From Spirochaetota bacterium (GTDB lineage: Bacteria > Spirochaetota > UBA4802 > UBA5368), in the NCBI GenBank assembly GCA_018263175.1, contig JADFDB010000001.1:260-64259 (forward strand): a stretch of DNA of 64,000 nucleotides, written 5' to 3'. The notes under the pieces are model-generated. The model saw only the letters and a list, made by a program, of their open reading frames with translations, was not told the origin of the DNA and ran no database searches. The position numbers and the translations under genes are program-made. Shown here one piece after another: positions 38,500 through 50,423 of the stretch (positions are counted from its first letter, which is position 1; each line of letters starts with the position of its first letter).

Positions 38500-39107
38500 G
38501 GTCTCCCCGATTTATCTGATATTGATCTTATTTTCTCGACGACCGCCGAGGCGATAATCCGGTGTCCCCGATTATTTGGATAGCGTTCATCGTCCTCAAA
38601 AAGCGGCCTTCCCGCGCCGCCCTCCGATTCGAGATACGACATCCACCACAGGTGCACCGGCAGGTACGCGCAGCCGAGGTCCACCGTCACCTCGCGGATT
38701 GCCCGGTAGTATATCGACGCGGCGTCCATCATAGAGGGATCGCCAAAGGGCGGGGAGGTCAACAATAATATATCCGGACCGAAGCGTGAGCGTGCGAGCC
38801 GTATGAGCTGCACGAGGTTTTCCTTGAACTCCGAGCGGTAAACGGGACGATACATATCGTCGATCCCGAAGTGAACAAGGAGTATGTCGGGACGGAACGC
38901 GTCGATGTCCTCATAATAGGTCCATACGGCCTCGAAGGTCGTATCGCCCGGACGCGAGCGGTTCAGCACCTCGATACCGTCGGGTGCGAGTTCGCGTTCG
39001 ATGATCTTCACGTACGGGTCGGACGCTCCAGTGCCCGCGGCAATGCTTCCCCCTCTTATCAACAGCCTTCGCGCAATCATCACGCCCTCCCGCTTCGTTT
39101 CATCCAT
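38496..39107 (-). CDS. SGNH/GDSL-family hydrolase
   Basis: GGSIAAGTG near N-terminus (GDS-like block I). LLVHFGIDD and NNRGHR (DxxH block V-like). 4-nt overlap with the downstream PC4-like gene. Confidence 0.55.
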   Translation of the reverse strand: MDETKREGVMIARRLLIRGGSIAAGTGASDPYVKIIERELAPDGIEVLNRSRPGDTTFEAVWTYYEDIDAFRPDILLVHFGIDDMYRPVYRSEFKENLVQLIRLARSRFGPDILLLTSPPFGDPSMMDAASIYYRAIREVTVDLGCAYLPVHLWWMSYLESEGGAGRPLFEDDERYPNNRGHRIIASAVVEKIRSISDKSGRP

Positions 39108-39342
39108 GAACCGGTCGATCCGCCGTATGAACAGTCATGCCCCGCTCTCCCGACCACGACCGAGAGACGCTGTACAGTGACCCCGCAACAACGACCTTTT
39201 TTGGTGATTCCTGCATACTCGCCATTGCCGCGGACGATAAAATGTGCTTTATTTTATTGCACGGCCGTCTTAGTGTTTGGCTCCGTCCCGGAGCGCTGCT
39301 ATGGCACGCCGTACCGGTAATCTTGAACTCGGGAGACCGTTT

Positions 39343-40983
39343 ATGAAACGAACATTTCTCATATCTCTGGTCGTATTTCAATTCATTTTCACCTGTTCCC
39401 TCTTCGCCGAGAAGGTTATCGGCGTGTCCTCGTTCAACAATCTGACCCTGGACAAGTCCATAGCCTGGCTCGAGATCGGGCTTGCCGACTCCATCTCGTA
39501 CAAGCTCAAGAACGTCCAGGATTACATCGTCATCGACCGGGTCAACGTGGACAAGGTGCTCGGCGAGGTCCAGCTCGGCCAGTCCGGGGTGCTCGACGAG
39601 AACAAGGCCAAGAAGGCCGGAAAGGCCCTCGGGGCGGATATCATCGTTGTCGGCAATTACGTCAAGAGCGGCAACCGCATCCGCATCAACGCCAAGCTCG
39701 TCGAGGTCGAGAGCCACAAGATACTCAAGCAGGTGCAGTCCGACGGCGTCATCGACAATATCTTCGAGCTTCAGGACGAGATAGCGCTCAAGATCATCAA
39801 CCAGACCAATATCGCCATTACGCTCGATGTGAAGAACCGCATCACCCAGAACTTCACGAGCAACATCAGCGCCTATGAGTACTATGTCAAGGGGCAGGAA
39901 TCCTTGCTGAACAAGCTCAATTACGTGCAGGCCATCGAGATGTTCAACAAGGCGGTCGGCATCGACGCCAATTACAGCCTCGCTTACGCCGGGCTCGGCA
40001 AGGCGTATTCGCTGCGCTACTGGGAGCTTCGCAATTACGCCAATAAAATCGATTTTGCGCTGATCGAGAACTCGTTCAAGTTCAGCAAGAAGGCTATTGA
40101 GATCAGCCCGAACCTCGACGAGGCGCACCTTTCGGTCGCGCGCTACTACCAGGAGGCCGATGACAAGCGCTATCCGAACAAATGGAAGCTCTGCGAGGAT
40201 GAAACGCGCAAGGCGCTCGAGATCAACCCGAACAACGCCGAGGCCTATTTTCTTCTCAGCCGCATTTACGGCTACGACGACGCGAAGGAGGAGGAATATC
40301 TCCTTAAGGCCGTCCGGCTCAACAACTTCCTTACCGACGCCCACAACAATCTCGGCGTTATCTATCTCGATCAGAAAAAGCTGGATCACGCCGAGCAGTC
40401 ATTCACGAGGGCCGTCGAAATCGATCCCGAGTTCAAGACCGGTTATATGAACCTTGGCGTGGTGTATGACCGCAATAACCAGCTCGACCGCGCACTCGAG
40501 ATGTACAAAATAGTGCTGCAAAAATATCCCGACTATCCGCTCGGAATAATAAACCTCGGAATCGGCTATCGCCGGCTCAACAGGCTCGACGAGGCGATGG
40601 ACCAGTTCCGGAAAGCCGTAAAAATAAAGCCCGACTACGCCAACGCCTGGAGCGAGATCGGCTACATCTATCTTCTCAAAAACCAGTATCCCGACGCGAT
40701 TAAGAACTACCTTGTTTCGTTGAAGTACGACTCTAAATACCGTTTTACGCTCGCCAATCTCGGCTATTGTTATGCGCAGACCGGTGACAACGACAACGCC
40801 ATCAAATACCTCCGCCAGGCGCACGATTTTCACCCCGATTACGCCTGGCCCTCCGGATACCTCGGCTGGCTTTACCGCAACAAGCTGAACGACGTATCCA
40901 GCGCACGATTCTGGTACGGCGAGGCGGCAAAGCGCGACCCGAACAATGCCGATTACAGGAAAAATCTTTCTGAACTTCAGTAG
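39343..40983 (+). CDS. secreted TPR-repeat protein
   Basis: Signal peptide MKRTFLISLVVFQFIFTCSLFA. Multiple TPR units (AYAGLGKAY.., AYFLLSRIY.., NLGVIYLDQ.., NLGIGYRRL.., AWSEIGYIY..). Confidence 0.7.
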   Translation: MKRTFLISLVVFQFIFTCSLFAEKVIGVSSFNNLTLDKSIAWLEIGLADSISYKLKNVQDYIVIDRVNVDKVLGEVQLGQSGVLDENKAKKAGKALGADIIVVGNYVKSGNRIRINAKLVEVESHKILKQVQSDGVIDNIFELQDEIALKIINQTNIAITLDVKNRITQNFTSNISAYEYYVKGQESLLNKLNYVQAIEMFNKAVGIDANYSLAYAGLGKAYSLRYWELRNYANKIDFALIENSFKFSKKAIEISPNLDEAHLSVARYYQEADDKRYPNKWKLCEDETRKALEINPNNAEAYFLLSRIYGYDDAKEEEYLLKAVRLNNFLTDAHNNLGVIYLDQKKLDHAEQSFTRAVEIDPEFKTGYMNLGVVYDRNNQLDRALEMYKIVLQKYPDYPLGIINLGIGYRRLNRLDEAMDQFRKAVKIKPDYANAWSEIGYIYLLKNQYPDAIKNYLVSLKYDSKYRFTLANLGYCYAQTGDNDNAIKYLRQAHDFHPDYAWPSGYLGWLYRNKLNDVSSARFWYGEAAKRDPNNADYRKNLSELQ

Positions 40984-41360
40984 ATTTTCGGGCCGGTTTT
41001 TACGCGTAAAGAGGGACGGGTGTAAAGCCCGCCCCTCTTTACGCGTCTATTCACCGACTACGCCCATGTTTTGAACAGAAATAGCTCACTTATCAACAGG
41101 ATATGCACTCGAATTCGGCCGTTTATCCCCAGGGTATCAAGAATACGGTTTTTTTTGTGCTTATGCATTTTTTGCCGCATTAATTGGTTGCAAAAATATG
41201 CGCTCCCCACTAGAGAAAAGGGGCGCGGTGCTAACGGCTTTTCTTTTCGTCTTTTTATCCGCCATACGCATCAGAAAAAATTATACAAACATTACTCGAA
41301 TCATTATCTATTTTATAAACAAAGTTATCAACATTTGTTGATAACTGGCGAGTTGTCTTT
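40984..41360. promoter_or_regulatory. candidate oriC part 1 / dnaA promoter region with DnaA-box cluster
   Basis: DnaA-box-like 9-mers TTATCAACA (41090), TTATCCCCA (41123), TTATCCGCC (41256). Perfect inverted pair GTTATCAACATTTGTTGATAAC (41324-41345) 15 nt before the dnaA ATG. AT-rich stretches. GC-rich stem-loop 41003-41047 ends the upstream TPR gene. Confidence 0.55.
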
Positions 41361-42695
41361 ATGGTACAGGAAATCTGGGTAAAGGTTCTATCGTCTGTTC
41401 AGACCACTATCAACAAGCAATCGTTTGATATGTGGCTTAAGGACACGGAGCCCGTATCCCTGCTGAACAACACACTCAAGGTGAAGGTCCCCGATGAGGT
41501 AGCCCGCCGGCACATCTCCGAGAACTACTCGTCGATGATTGCCGCGGCGCTCGGCGCCATCACGGGCCAGAATTTGTTCTGCGAATTCGTCACCGGAAAC
41601 GGTCACGCCACCGCGGTCGACGTCCCCGCGCCCGCAGCGGGGCCCATGCCGGCGGAGAGCACCGATTATTCCGCCCAGCGCCTCAACCCGCGCTACACCT
41701 TCGAGAACTTTGTCATAGGCCCCAACAACCAGCTCGCTCACGCGGCGGCCATTTCCGTCTCGCGTGCGCCCGCCACGCAGTACAATCCGCTGTTCATACA
41801 CGGCGGCACGGGGCTTGGAAAGACGCACCTGATGCAGGCGATCGGCCATCATATTCTCAGGGAACGCCCCTATCTCAAAGTGTTGTATGTTCCGAGCGAG
41901 GAGTTCGTCAACGAGTTCATCCAGGCGATCCGGACCAATACCATTACGAGCTTCAAAATCAAATACCGCAACGTCGATGTTTTGCTGATCGACGATATCC
42001 AGTTCATCGAAAAAAAGGAGCAGACCCAGGAGGAGTTCTTTCACACCTTCAACACGCTCCACAACAATAAAAAGCAGATCATCATCTCGAGCGATCGCCC
42101 CCCCAAGGATCTGTCCACCCTCGAGGAGCGGCTGCGCACTCGTTTTGAGTGGGGCCTGCTCGCCGATATTCAACCGCCCAATCTCGAGACCCGCGAGGCC
42201 ATTCTCCGCAACAAGGCCGAGCGCGACAATATGAACATACCCGACGAGGTGCTTAATTATATAGCCCGCCGCATTAAATCGAGTATCCGCGCTCTCGAGG
42301 CCGCGCTTATCAGGCTTAACATGGTCGCCGTCGTCGAAAACGAGCCCATTACGATTGCACACGCGAAGACTCATCTTAAAGATCTCTTCGACGAGGATAC
42401 GCAGAAGAAGATATCCACAACCGATATAATGTCCAAGGTCGCCGAGCGCTTTGAGGTATCCATCGAGGATCTCACCTCCAAGAGCCGTCACAGCCGGGTC
42501 GTTCTGCCTCGATTTGTCGCCATGTACCTCACCCGCAAGATGACCGATCTTACGACGATAGATATCGGCAAAGATTTCGGCGACCGGGACCACAGCACGG
42601 TCCTCAATGCTATGAACAATGTTGAAAAAATGTTAAAAGAGGACGAAGAATTCAAGGAGCGCGTCGAGGACATGATCGCCGAACTCAAGTGCTGA
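41361..42695 (+). CDS. dnaA: chromosomal replication initiator DnaA
   Basis: 444 aa. AAA+ Walker A HGGTGLGKTHL. C-terminal DnaA box-binding domain (..VVLPRFVAMYLTRKMTDLTTIDIGKDFGDRDHSTVLNAM). Confidence 0.95.
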   Translation: MVQEIWVKVLSSVQTTINKQSFDMWLKDTEPVSLLNNTLKVKVPDEVARRHISENYSSMIAAALGAITGQNLFCEFVTGNGHATAVDVPAPAAGPMPAESTDYSAQRLNPRYTFENFVIGPNNQLAHAAAISVSRAPATQYNPLFIHGGTGLGKTHLMQAIGHHILRERPYLKVLYVPSEEFVNEFIQAIRTNTITSFKIKYRNVDVLLIDDIQFIEKKEQTQEEFFHTFNTLHNNKKQIIISSDRPPKDLSTLEERLRTRFEWGLLADIQPPNLETREAILRNKAERDNMNIPDEVLNYIARRIKSSIRALEAALIRLNMVAVVENEPITIAHAKTHLKDLFDEDTQKKISTTDIMSKVAERFEVSIEDLTSKSRHSRVVLPRFVAMYLTRKMTDLTTIDIGKDFGDRDHSTVLNAMNNVEKMLKEDEEFKERVEDMIAELKC

Positions 42696-43067
42696 TCTCC
42701 CGTTACTATCCTCTTGATATCCAGTGGATATCCTTCTTTTAAGTCGGTATACACTATTTATTTTGTTCTCGCTGCGGCCTTTGTACGTAAATTTTATCCT
42801 GTGACGCTATTATTTTCTTATGTCTCATTAAGTTGTTGATTTTATTAACATGTATGCTATGGTGTTAACCGCTGGGTATACCAGCAGTTCCGGAGTTATC
42901 AACATATCCGGATACACTATTACTACTACGTATAATTATTAATTCATATGTTCATAATAATAGTGGTGCCTTTCATCTGGATTTTCGGTCCATCCCGAGC
43001 GGGGATTTCGGTCATAGTGTTCGCCACAGGTGTGACACACTAATTTTCATAAAAGACGGAGATCGAT
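42696..43067. promoter_or_regulatory. candidate oriC part 2 (dnaA-dnaN intergenic, DnaA boxes plus AT-rich unwinding candidate)
   Basis: TTATCAACA at 42897. TTATCCTGT at 42795. TGGATATCC at 42724. tgttgatt at about 42833. Very AT-rich segment cgtataattattaattcatatgttcataataatag (42929-42962). Confidence 0.5.
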
Positions 43068-44189
43068 ATGATTCTTACTGTCGACAAGGATTCCATCCAG
43101 CGGTCAATAATGATCGCCGACTCGATAATATCGAGCAAGAACGTCAATACGGTTCTATCAAACTGCCTTTTTAATATTTCGAGGGATTCGGTTGAGATCG
43201 TATCGACCGACAACGAGATAGGAATACGAACAAGGCTAGACGCCGTCGCCGATGCCGACATGTCCCTCACCGTGAACGGCAAGCGTTTCGCGAGCATCCT
43301 CAAAGAATTGCCGAAGGGAGAGATCGTACTCGACATCAGCAATTCGTACCAGGTAAATATTAAGACCAGGGCGAAGGATATAAAGGCCCGTTACACCCTT
43401 GTCGGAACGTCCAGGGATGAGTACCCGACCGTTCCTTTTTTCGCCGAGGATAACGCCGTGGAGATAAGCCAGAGCGTTCTGAAAGACATGCTGAGAAAAG
43501 TCATACACGCTGCGGCAATCGATACGATAAAGCCGGTGTTTAACGGCGTGTACATGGTGTCCGAGCGGAAGGGAAAAGTGACCCTTGTTGCGACCGATTC
43601 TCGCCGGCTTTCGATGGTGACGCGGAGCGTGGAAAACGACGTCGAGCTCCCGGAGGGAATCATCATCCCACTCAGGACCGTTAATGAAATAGTACGGCTT
43701 CTCGCCGGCGGCATGTGCAGTTTTTCGTTCTTCGAAAACCAGTGTTTTTTCAAGATCGGCGAAACCGATCTCATCTCGAGGATCGTAGAGGGACAATTTC
43801 CCAACTATCGTCAGGTCATTCCAAAGGAGCAGCACATACGTACCGTGCTTGAGACAAAGCGCCTCGCTGATGCCTTGAGAAGGGCCATGGTTTTCACCAA
43901 AGAGCCGGCGAACAAAATCATCCTCACGTTCGGCAAAGACAGCCTTGTGGTTGAAGCGAAGACGCCCGATCTCGGCGAGTCGAGCGAGGAGATCCCGATG
44001 GAATCGAACGCCACGGAGGCGCTGCAGGTTGGAATCAATGCGCAGTTTCTCATGGATTCTCTCAAAGAGATGGATGCCTATTCCGTTATGATCGGACTTA
44101 CCGGGCAGATGAGCCCGATTACCATTACCCCGGACGGGGACTCTGATTGCTTATCGGTCATCATGCCGATCCAGGTCAAATCATCGTAG
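43068..44189 (+). CDS. dnaN: DNA polymerase III beta sliding clamp
   Basis: 373 aa. Three-domain clamp length. Position after dnaA. N-terminus MILTVDKDSIQRSI typical of DnaN. Confidence 0.9.
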   Translation: MILTVDKDSIQRSIMIADSIISSKNVNTVLSNCLFNISRDSVEIVSTDNEIGIRTRLDAVADADMSLTVNGKRFASILKELPKGEIVLDISNSYQVNIKTRAKDIKARYTLVGTSRDEYPTVPFFAEDNAVEISQSVLKDMLRKVIHAAAIDTIKPVFNGVYMVSERKGKVTLVATDSRRLSMVTRSVENDVELPEGIIIPLRTVNEIVRLLAGGMCSFSFFENQCFFKIGETDLISRIVEGQFPNYRQVIPKEQHIRTVLETKRLADALRRAMVFTKEPANKIILTFGKDSLVVEAKTPDLGESSEEIPMESNATEALQVGINAQFLMDSLKEMDAYSVMIGLTGQMSPITITPDGDSDCLSVIMPIQVKSS

Positions 44190-44243
44190 GCGACGCTTGA
44201 CGGAATCCTATAGTTCCGTGCGCCTCCTTAACGGCTCCTGCTG

Positions 44244-45350
44244 ATGTTCGTGGACAGCATCGTACTGAAAAAATTTCGCAACTATGATGCCCTTGATATA
44301 GGGTTTTCAAACGGGATAAATTTCATCGTCGGTCCCAACGGAAGTGGTAAGACTAATATACTCGAGGCGGTCTCCGTGGCCGCGAATATACGCTCCTTCA
44401 GGGGGGCCGCCGACACCGATATGGTGAAATGGGGCGAGGAATCGTATTTTTGCAGGCTGAGGTCCACGGGCTCCAGGTTCCGCGAATTCGAGATCGGGTA
44501 TTCTTCCATGCCCGGAGCGCCCAGAAAAAAGGCCAGGGTTGATGGCTGTGAAATTCACCGGGCGTCCGACTATTTCGGCCGACTTCTTACGGTGATTTAT
44601 TCCCCCGGTGATATACTGATAGTATCCGGATCTCCGGAGGTCCGGCGGCGTTTCTTCGACGCCATCATCGCGCGGGTGGACCGTGAGTACCTTTCCCTGA
44701 TGGGAGAGTTCAAGAAAATACTGGCGTCGCGAAACAGGCTGCTTAAGGGCCTTCTCGAAAGGAAGGCCGGAGTGAACGAGCTTGACGTCTGGGATGAGAT
44801 GCTGGCGTCGAGTTCATTCGGGATCATTAAAAAAAGAATGGATTTTCTGGAATCTTTTACCCCCTCGTTCCGTGGTGCGTATCAGCGTATCGCCAGACAG
44901 GACAGTGTACCCGGCCTCGTCTATAGCTGCGGCTTCGGGGAGGCTTCCCTGCACGAAATACGCGAAAAGCTATCCGGCGCCAGAAGAAGGGATATGGCCG
45001 CCGGCATGACGACGGCAGGACCTCATCGCGACGACTATGTACTGTACCATGAAAACGGGAGGCCCTTTTCAAACTGCTCGTCCCAGGGCCAGAAGAGGAC
45101 CGCTTCGATAGCCCTTAAAAACGCGGAGCGCCTTTTTATCGAGGAAGCCACCGGGGAGCGCGTTGTGCTGATGGTCGATGATGTTTTTTCGGAACTTGAT
45201 CCCGAGAGAAGGGAAAGCCTCGTCGATTCACTCCAGGGTGAAAACCAGGTGATTTTTACGATGGTTGGTACGGGCTCGATCGATCCCGCGTCCTTCAGCG
45301 GAGCGCGTATTTTTAACGTAGGACCCGGAGGGATGGTTTCGGTAGAATGA
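44244..45350 (+). CDS. recF: DNA replication and repair protein RecF
   Basis: Walker A GPNGSGKTN. SMC-like signature. 368 aa. Confidence 0.9.
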   Translation: MFVDSIVLKKFRNYDALDIGFSNGINFIVGPNGSGKTNILEAVSVAANIRSFRGAADTDMVKWGEESYFCRLRSTGSRFREFEIGYSSMPGAPRKKARVDGCEIHRASDYFGRLLTVIYSPGDILIVSGSPEVRRRFFDAIIARVDREYLSLMGEFKKILASRNRLLKGLLERKAGVNELDVWDEMLASSSFGIIKKRMDFLESFTPSFRGAYQRIARQDSVPGLVYSCGFGEASLHEIREKLSGARRRDMAAGMTTAGPHRDDYVLYHENGRPFSNCSSQGQKRTASIALKNAERLFIEEATGERVVLMVDDVFSELDPERRESLVDSLQGENQVIFTMVGTGSIDPASFSGARIFNVGPGGMVSVE

Positions 45351-45714
45351 AATTCAGGATTAAAGAACCGAGGATGAACAGGCCCACACGCTTCGGCGTC
45401 CTCGTTGAATCCATCATCGGGCAGTTCGGTTTCAGGGAAGATTTTCTCGTTGAGTCCATCCGTTCCAAATGGCTGTCGGTCGTCGGAGAGCTCATCGCGA
45501 CGCACAGCTTTCCCGACAGGATTTTCAGCGGGATTCTATTCGTGGCGGTTGACCATTCGGTCTATGCCGGCGAGATTTCGATGATGAAGGATGCAATTCT
45601 CGCGAAAGTCAGGGATGTCTGCGGTGTACCCGGGCTCCGCGATTTGCGTGTGCTGGTCCGCCGCGACGTCATGGCGGGTCGGTCGTCATCGGCTAAAAAC
45701 AGTCGGGGTAAACG

Positions 45715-45718
<4 letters not shown>
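45347..45718 (+). CDS. DUF721 protein (DciA-like, putative replicative helicase loader/operator)
   Basis: 123 aa. KWLSVVGELIATHSFPDRIFSGILFVAVDHSVYAGEISMMKDAIL matches the DUF721 core. Located between recF and gyrB. ATGA-type overlaps on both sides. Confidence 0.6.
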
Positions 45719-47848
<2,130 letters not shown>

Positions 47849-47893
47849 GGGCCGGCCCGAATAAGCAGACCGATTGAGAGAGGAGAACGAGAC

Positions 47894-50353
47894 GTGACGA
47901 AGAAGGACTCGAAAGAAGGGAAAGACCAGATTCAGAAGGTCATCAACATAGAGATCGAAGACCAGATGAAGGACTCGTATCTGGCCTATGCAATGAGCGT
48001 AATCGTCGGCAGGGCGCTGCCGGACGTCCGCGACGGGCTCAAACCGGTGCACCGGCGCATCCTCCACGCCATGAACGAACGGGCCTGGCGAAGCGACCGC
48101 CCCTACGTAAAGTCGGCGAAGATCGTCGGTGAGGTGATCGGTAACTATCATCCGCACGGTGACGCGGCCGTGTACGATACGATGGTCCGCATGGCGCAGG
48201 ATTTTTCGATGCGCATCCCGCTCATCGACGGACAGGGAAACTACGGTTCGGTCGACGGAGACCCGCCGGCGGCCTACCGGTACACCGAGGCGAGGCTTGC
48301 GCGCCTCGCCGAGGAGCTCCTTAAAGACATCGACAAGGAAACGGTCGATTTTCTCGCGAACTTCGACGAGACGAGGAAGGAGCCGACGGTGCTCCCCGCC
48401 GCCTATCCGAACCTGCTGGTCAACGGTTCGTCCGGCATCGCCGTCGGGATGGCGACGAACATACCGCCGCATAATCTCTCCGAGGTCGTTGACGGCACGG
48501 TCGCCCTCATCGACAATCCCGACCTCACCATCAGGCAGTTGATGAAGATCATCAAGGGGCCTGATTTGCCGACCGGAGGCATCATAATGGGCGCCGACGG
48601 CATCGCCAAGGCCTATTCCACGGGAAGGGGAAGCGTCGTGGTGCGCGGTCGCGTGGAAATAGAGGAGGACAAGAAGGGTCGCGAAACGATCATCGTCAGC
48701 GAGATCCCCTACCAGGTCAACAAGGCCGTGCTCATCACACGGATTGCCGAGATGGTGAACAACAAGGAGCTCGAGGGCATCTCCGAGTTACGCGACGAGT
48801 CCGACCGCTCGGGCCTGCGCATCGTCATAGGGCTCAAGAGGGACGCCAACAGCAACATCATCCTCAACCAGCTCTACAAGCACACCTCGCTCCAAACCTC
48901 GATCGGCATCATCCAGCTCGCGCTCGTGAACAACGAGCCAAAGGTGCTCGACCTCAAGGGCCTGCTCTCCAACTACATCCTGCACCGCAAGGTCGTGGTG
49001 ACGCGCAGGACACAGTTCGAGCTCAAGCGCGCGGAGGAGAGGGCGCATATATTACAGGGCCTCAAGATCGCCCTCGACAACATCGATGAGGTCATCAGCA
49101 TCATCCGCTCCTCGAAGACCGTCGACGAGGCGGACGAGCGTCTGCGCAAGCGGTTCAAGCTCTCGCAGCTCCAGTCCAAGGCGATTCTCGAGATGCGGCT
49201 GCAGCGGCTCACCAGCCTCGAGGTGAAAAAGATCATCGAGGAGTTAAAGGAGCTCTTAAAGCTGATAGAGGACCTCAAGGCCATACTTAAAAGCGACAAG
49301 CGCATCCTCGGCATCGTGAAGGACGAGCTTGCAGCGGTTAAGCAGAAGTATGGCGACGCGCGACGCACGGAGATCCTCGTGGGGGCGGAATCCTCCACCT
49401 CATTCGACGTGGAGGACCTGATCGCCGACGAGGACATGGTGGTGACGGTCACGAACGACGGATTCATCCGCAGGCTCGCCGTCGACACCTTCAAAAAACA
49501 GCGGCGCGGCGGAAAGGGCGTTACGGGGATGTCGTCCAAACGGGAGGACTTCATCAAGCTCATGATGGTTGCCGCCACGCACGACATGATTTTCCTCTTC
49601 TCGAACAAGGGCAAGATCTTCGGGATGAAGACCTACGAACTGCCCGAGGCGTCGAAGACCAGCCGCGGGAAATCGCTCAAGGGCATGATAAACCTGGCCT
49701 CCGGCGAAGACATCACGGCAATCTGTGCCGTGCCCGACATGGAAAGCGAGATGTATATCTCTATGGTGACCAAGGGCGGAATCCTGAAAAAAACGGCCAT
49801 CGATGATTTTCGAAACGCGAAGAAGGGCGGGATCATCGCGATAAACCTGAAAAAGGACGACGAGCTCTCCGAGGTCAAGCTCGTCATGGGCGACGACGAT
49901 GTCGTTATCGCCTCGCGCAAGGGGCTTCTGGTGCGCACCAACATCCGTTCCATGCGTCCGATGGGAAGGAACTCTTCGGGCATCATCGGCATGCGCCTTT
50001 CATCCGGTGACATTGTAATCGGGATGGACGTTGTGAAGAAGGGCTCATCGCTCTTTGTGGTGACCGAGGGCGGCTACGGCAAAAAGATAGACTACCGCAA
50101 CTTCGCCACCAAGGGAAGGGGAGGCAAGGGTATGGCCTACCTGAAGGTCTCGGACAAGAACGGGCCAGCCTCGGGCATACGCTCGGTATTCCCCGAGGAC
50201 GAAATCATCATAGCGTCGAAGACCGGCATGACCATACGACTCCTTGCCAAAGATGTGTCGATTCAGGGCAGAGCGACGGTTGGAGTCAAACTCCTCGATC
50301 TGAACGCAAACGACACGGTTACGGATTTTGCGGTCATCTCGGAAGAGCTGTAG
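47894..50353 (+). CDS. gyrA: DNA gyrase subunit A
   Basis: AMSVIVGRALPDVRDGLKPVHRR with the active-site Tyr region (RYTEARL). 819 aa with C-terminal beta-pinwheel repeats. Confidence 0.95.
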   Translation: MTKKDSKEGKDQIQKVINIEIEDQMKDSYLAYAMSVIVGRALPDVRDGLKPVHRRILHAMNERAWRSDRPYVKSAKIVGEVIGNYHPHGDAAVYDTMVRMAQDFSMRIPLIDGQGNYGSVDGDPPAAYRYTEARLARLAEELLKDIDKETVDFLANFDETRKEPTVLPAAYPNLLVNGSSGIAVGMATNIPPHNLSEVVDGTVALIDNPDLTIRQLMKIIKGPDLPTGGIIMGADGIAKAYSTGRGSVVVRGRVEIEEDKKGRETIIVSEIPYQVNKAVLITRIAEMVNNKELEGISELRDESDRSGLRIVIGLKRDANSNIILNQLYKHTSLQTSIGIIQLALVNNEPKVLDLKGLLSNYILHRKVVVTRRTQFELKRAEERAHILQGLKIALDNIDEVISIIRSSKTVDEADERLRKRFKLSQLQSKAILEMRLQRLTSLEVKKIIEELKELLKLIEDLKAILKSDKRILGIVKDELAAVKQKYGDARRTEILVGAESSTSFDVEDLIADEDMVVTVTNDGFIRRLAVDTFKKQRRGGKGVTGMSSKREDFIKLMMVAATHDMIFLFSNKGKIFGMKTYELPEASKTSRGKSLKGMINLASGEDITAICAVPDMESEMYISMVTKGGILKKTAIDDFRNAKKGGIIAINLKKDDELSEVKLVMGDDDVVIASRKGLLVRTNIRSMRPMGRNSSGIIGMRLSSGDIVIGMDVVKKGSSLFVVTEGGYGKKIDYRNFATKGRGGKGMAYLKVSDKNGPASGIRSVFPEDEIIIASKTGMTIRLLAKDVSIQGRATVGVKLLDLNANDTVTDFAVISEEL

Positions 50354-50376
50354 CCGGCCGTATGCCGGGCAAAACT

Positions 50377-50407
50377 AAAAAAAGCGCGGGAAACCGCGCT
50401 TTTTTTC
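50377..50407. terminator. bidirectional rho-independent terminator (gyrA and convergent SPOR gene)
   Basis: aaaaaa-agcgcgg-gaaa-ccgcgct-ttttttt. Perfect 7-bp GC stem flanked by an A-run and a T-run. Confidence 0.8.
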
Positions 50408-50423
50408 GCTCCATAAGGACTTT

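Noticed and set aside
39100-40389. 429-aa minus ORF opposite the TPR gene, and 401-aa minus ORF (41388..42593) opposite dnaA
   Set aside because: Both are antisense artefacts. The + frames encode clear TPR and DnaA proteins.
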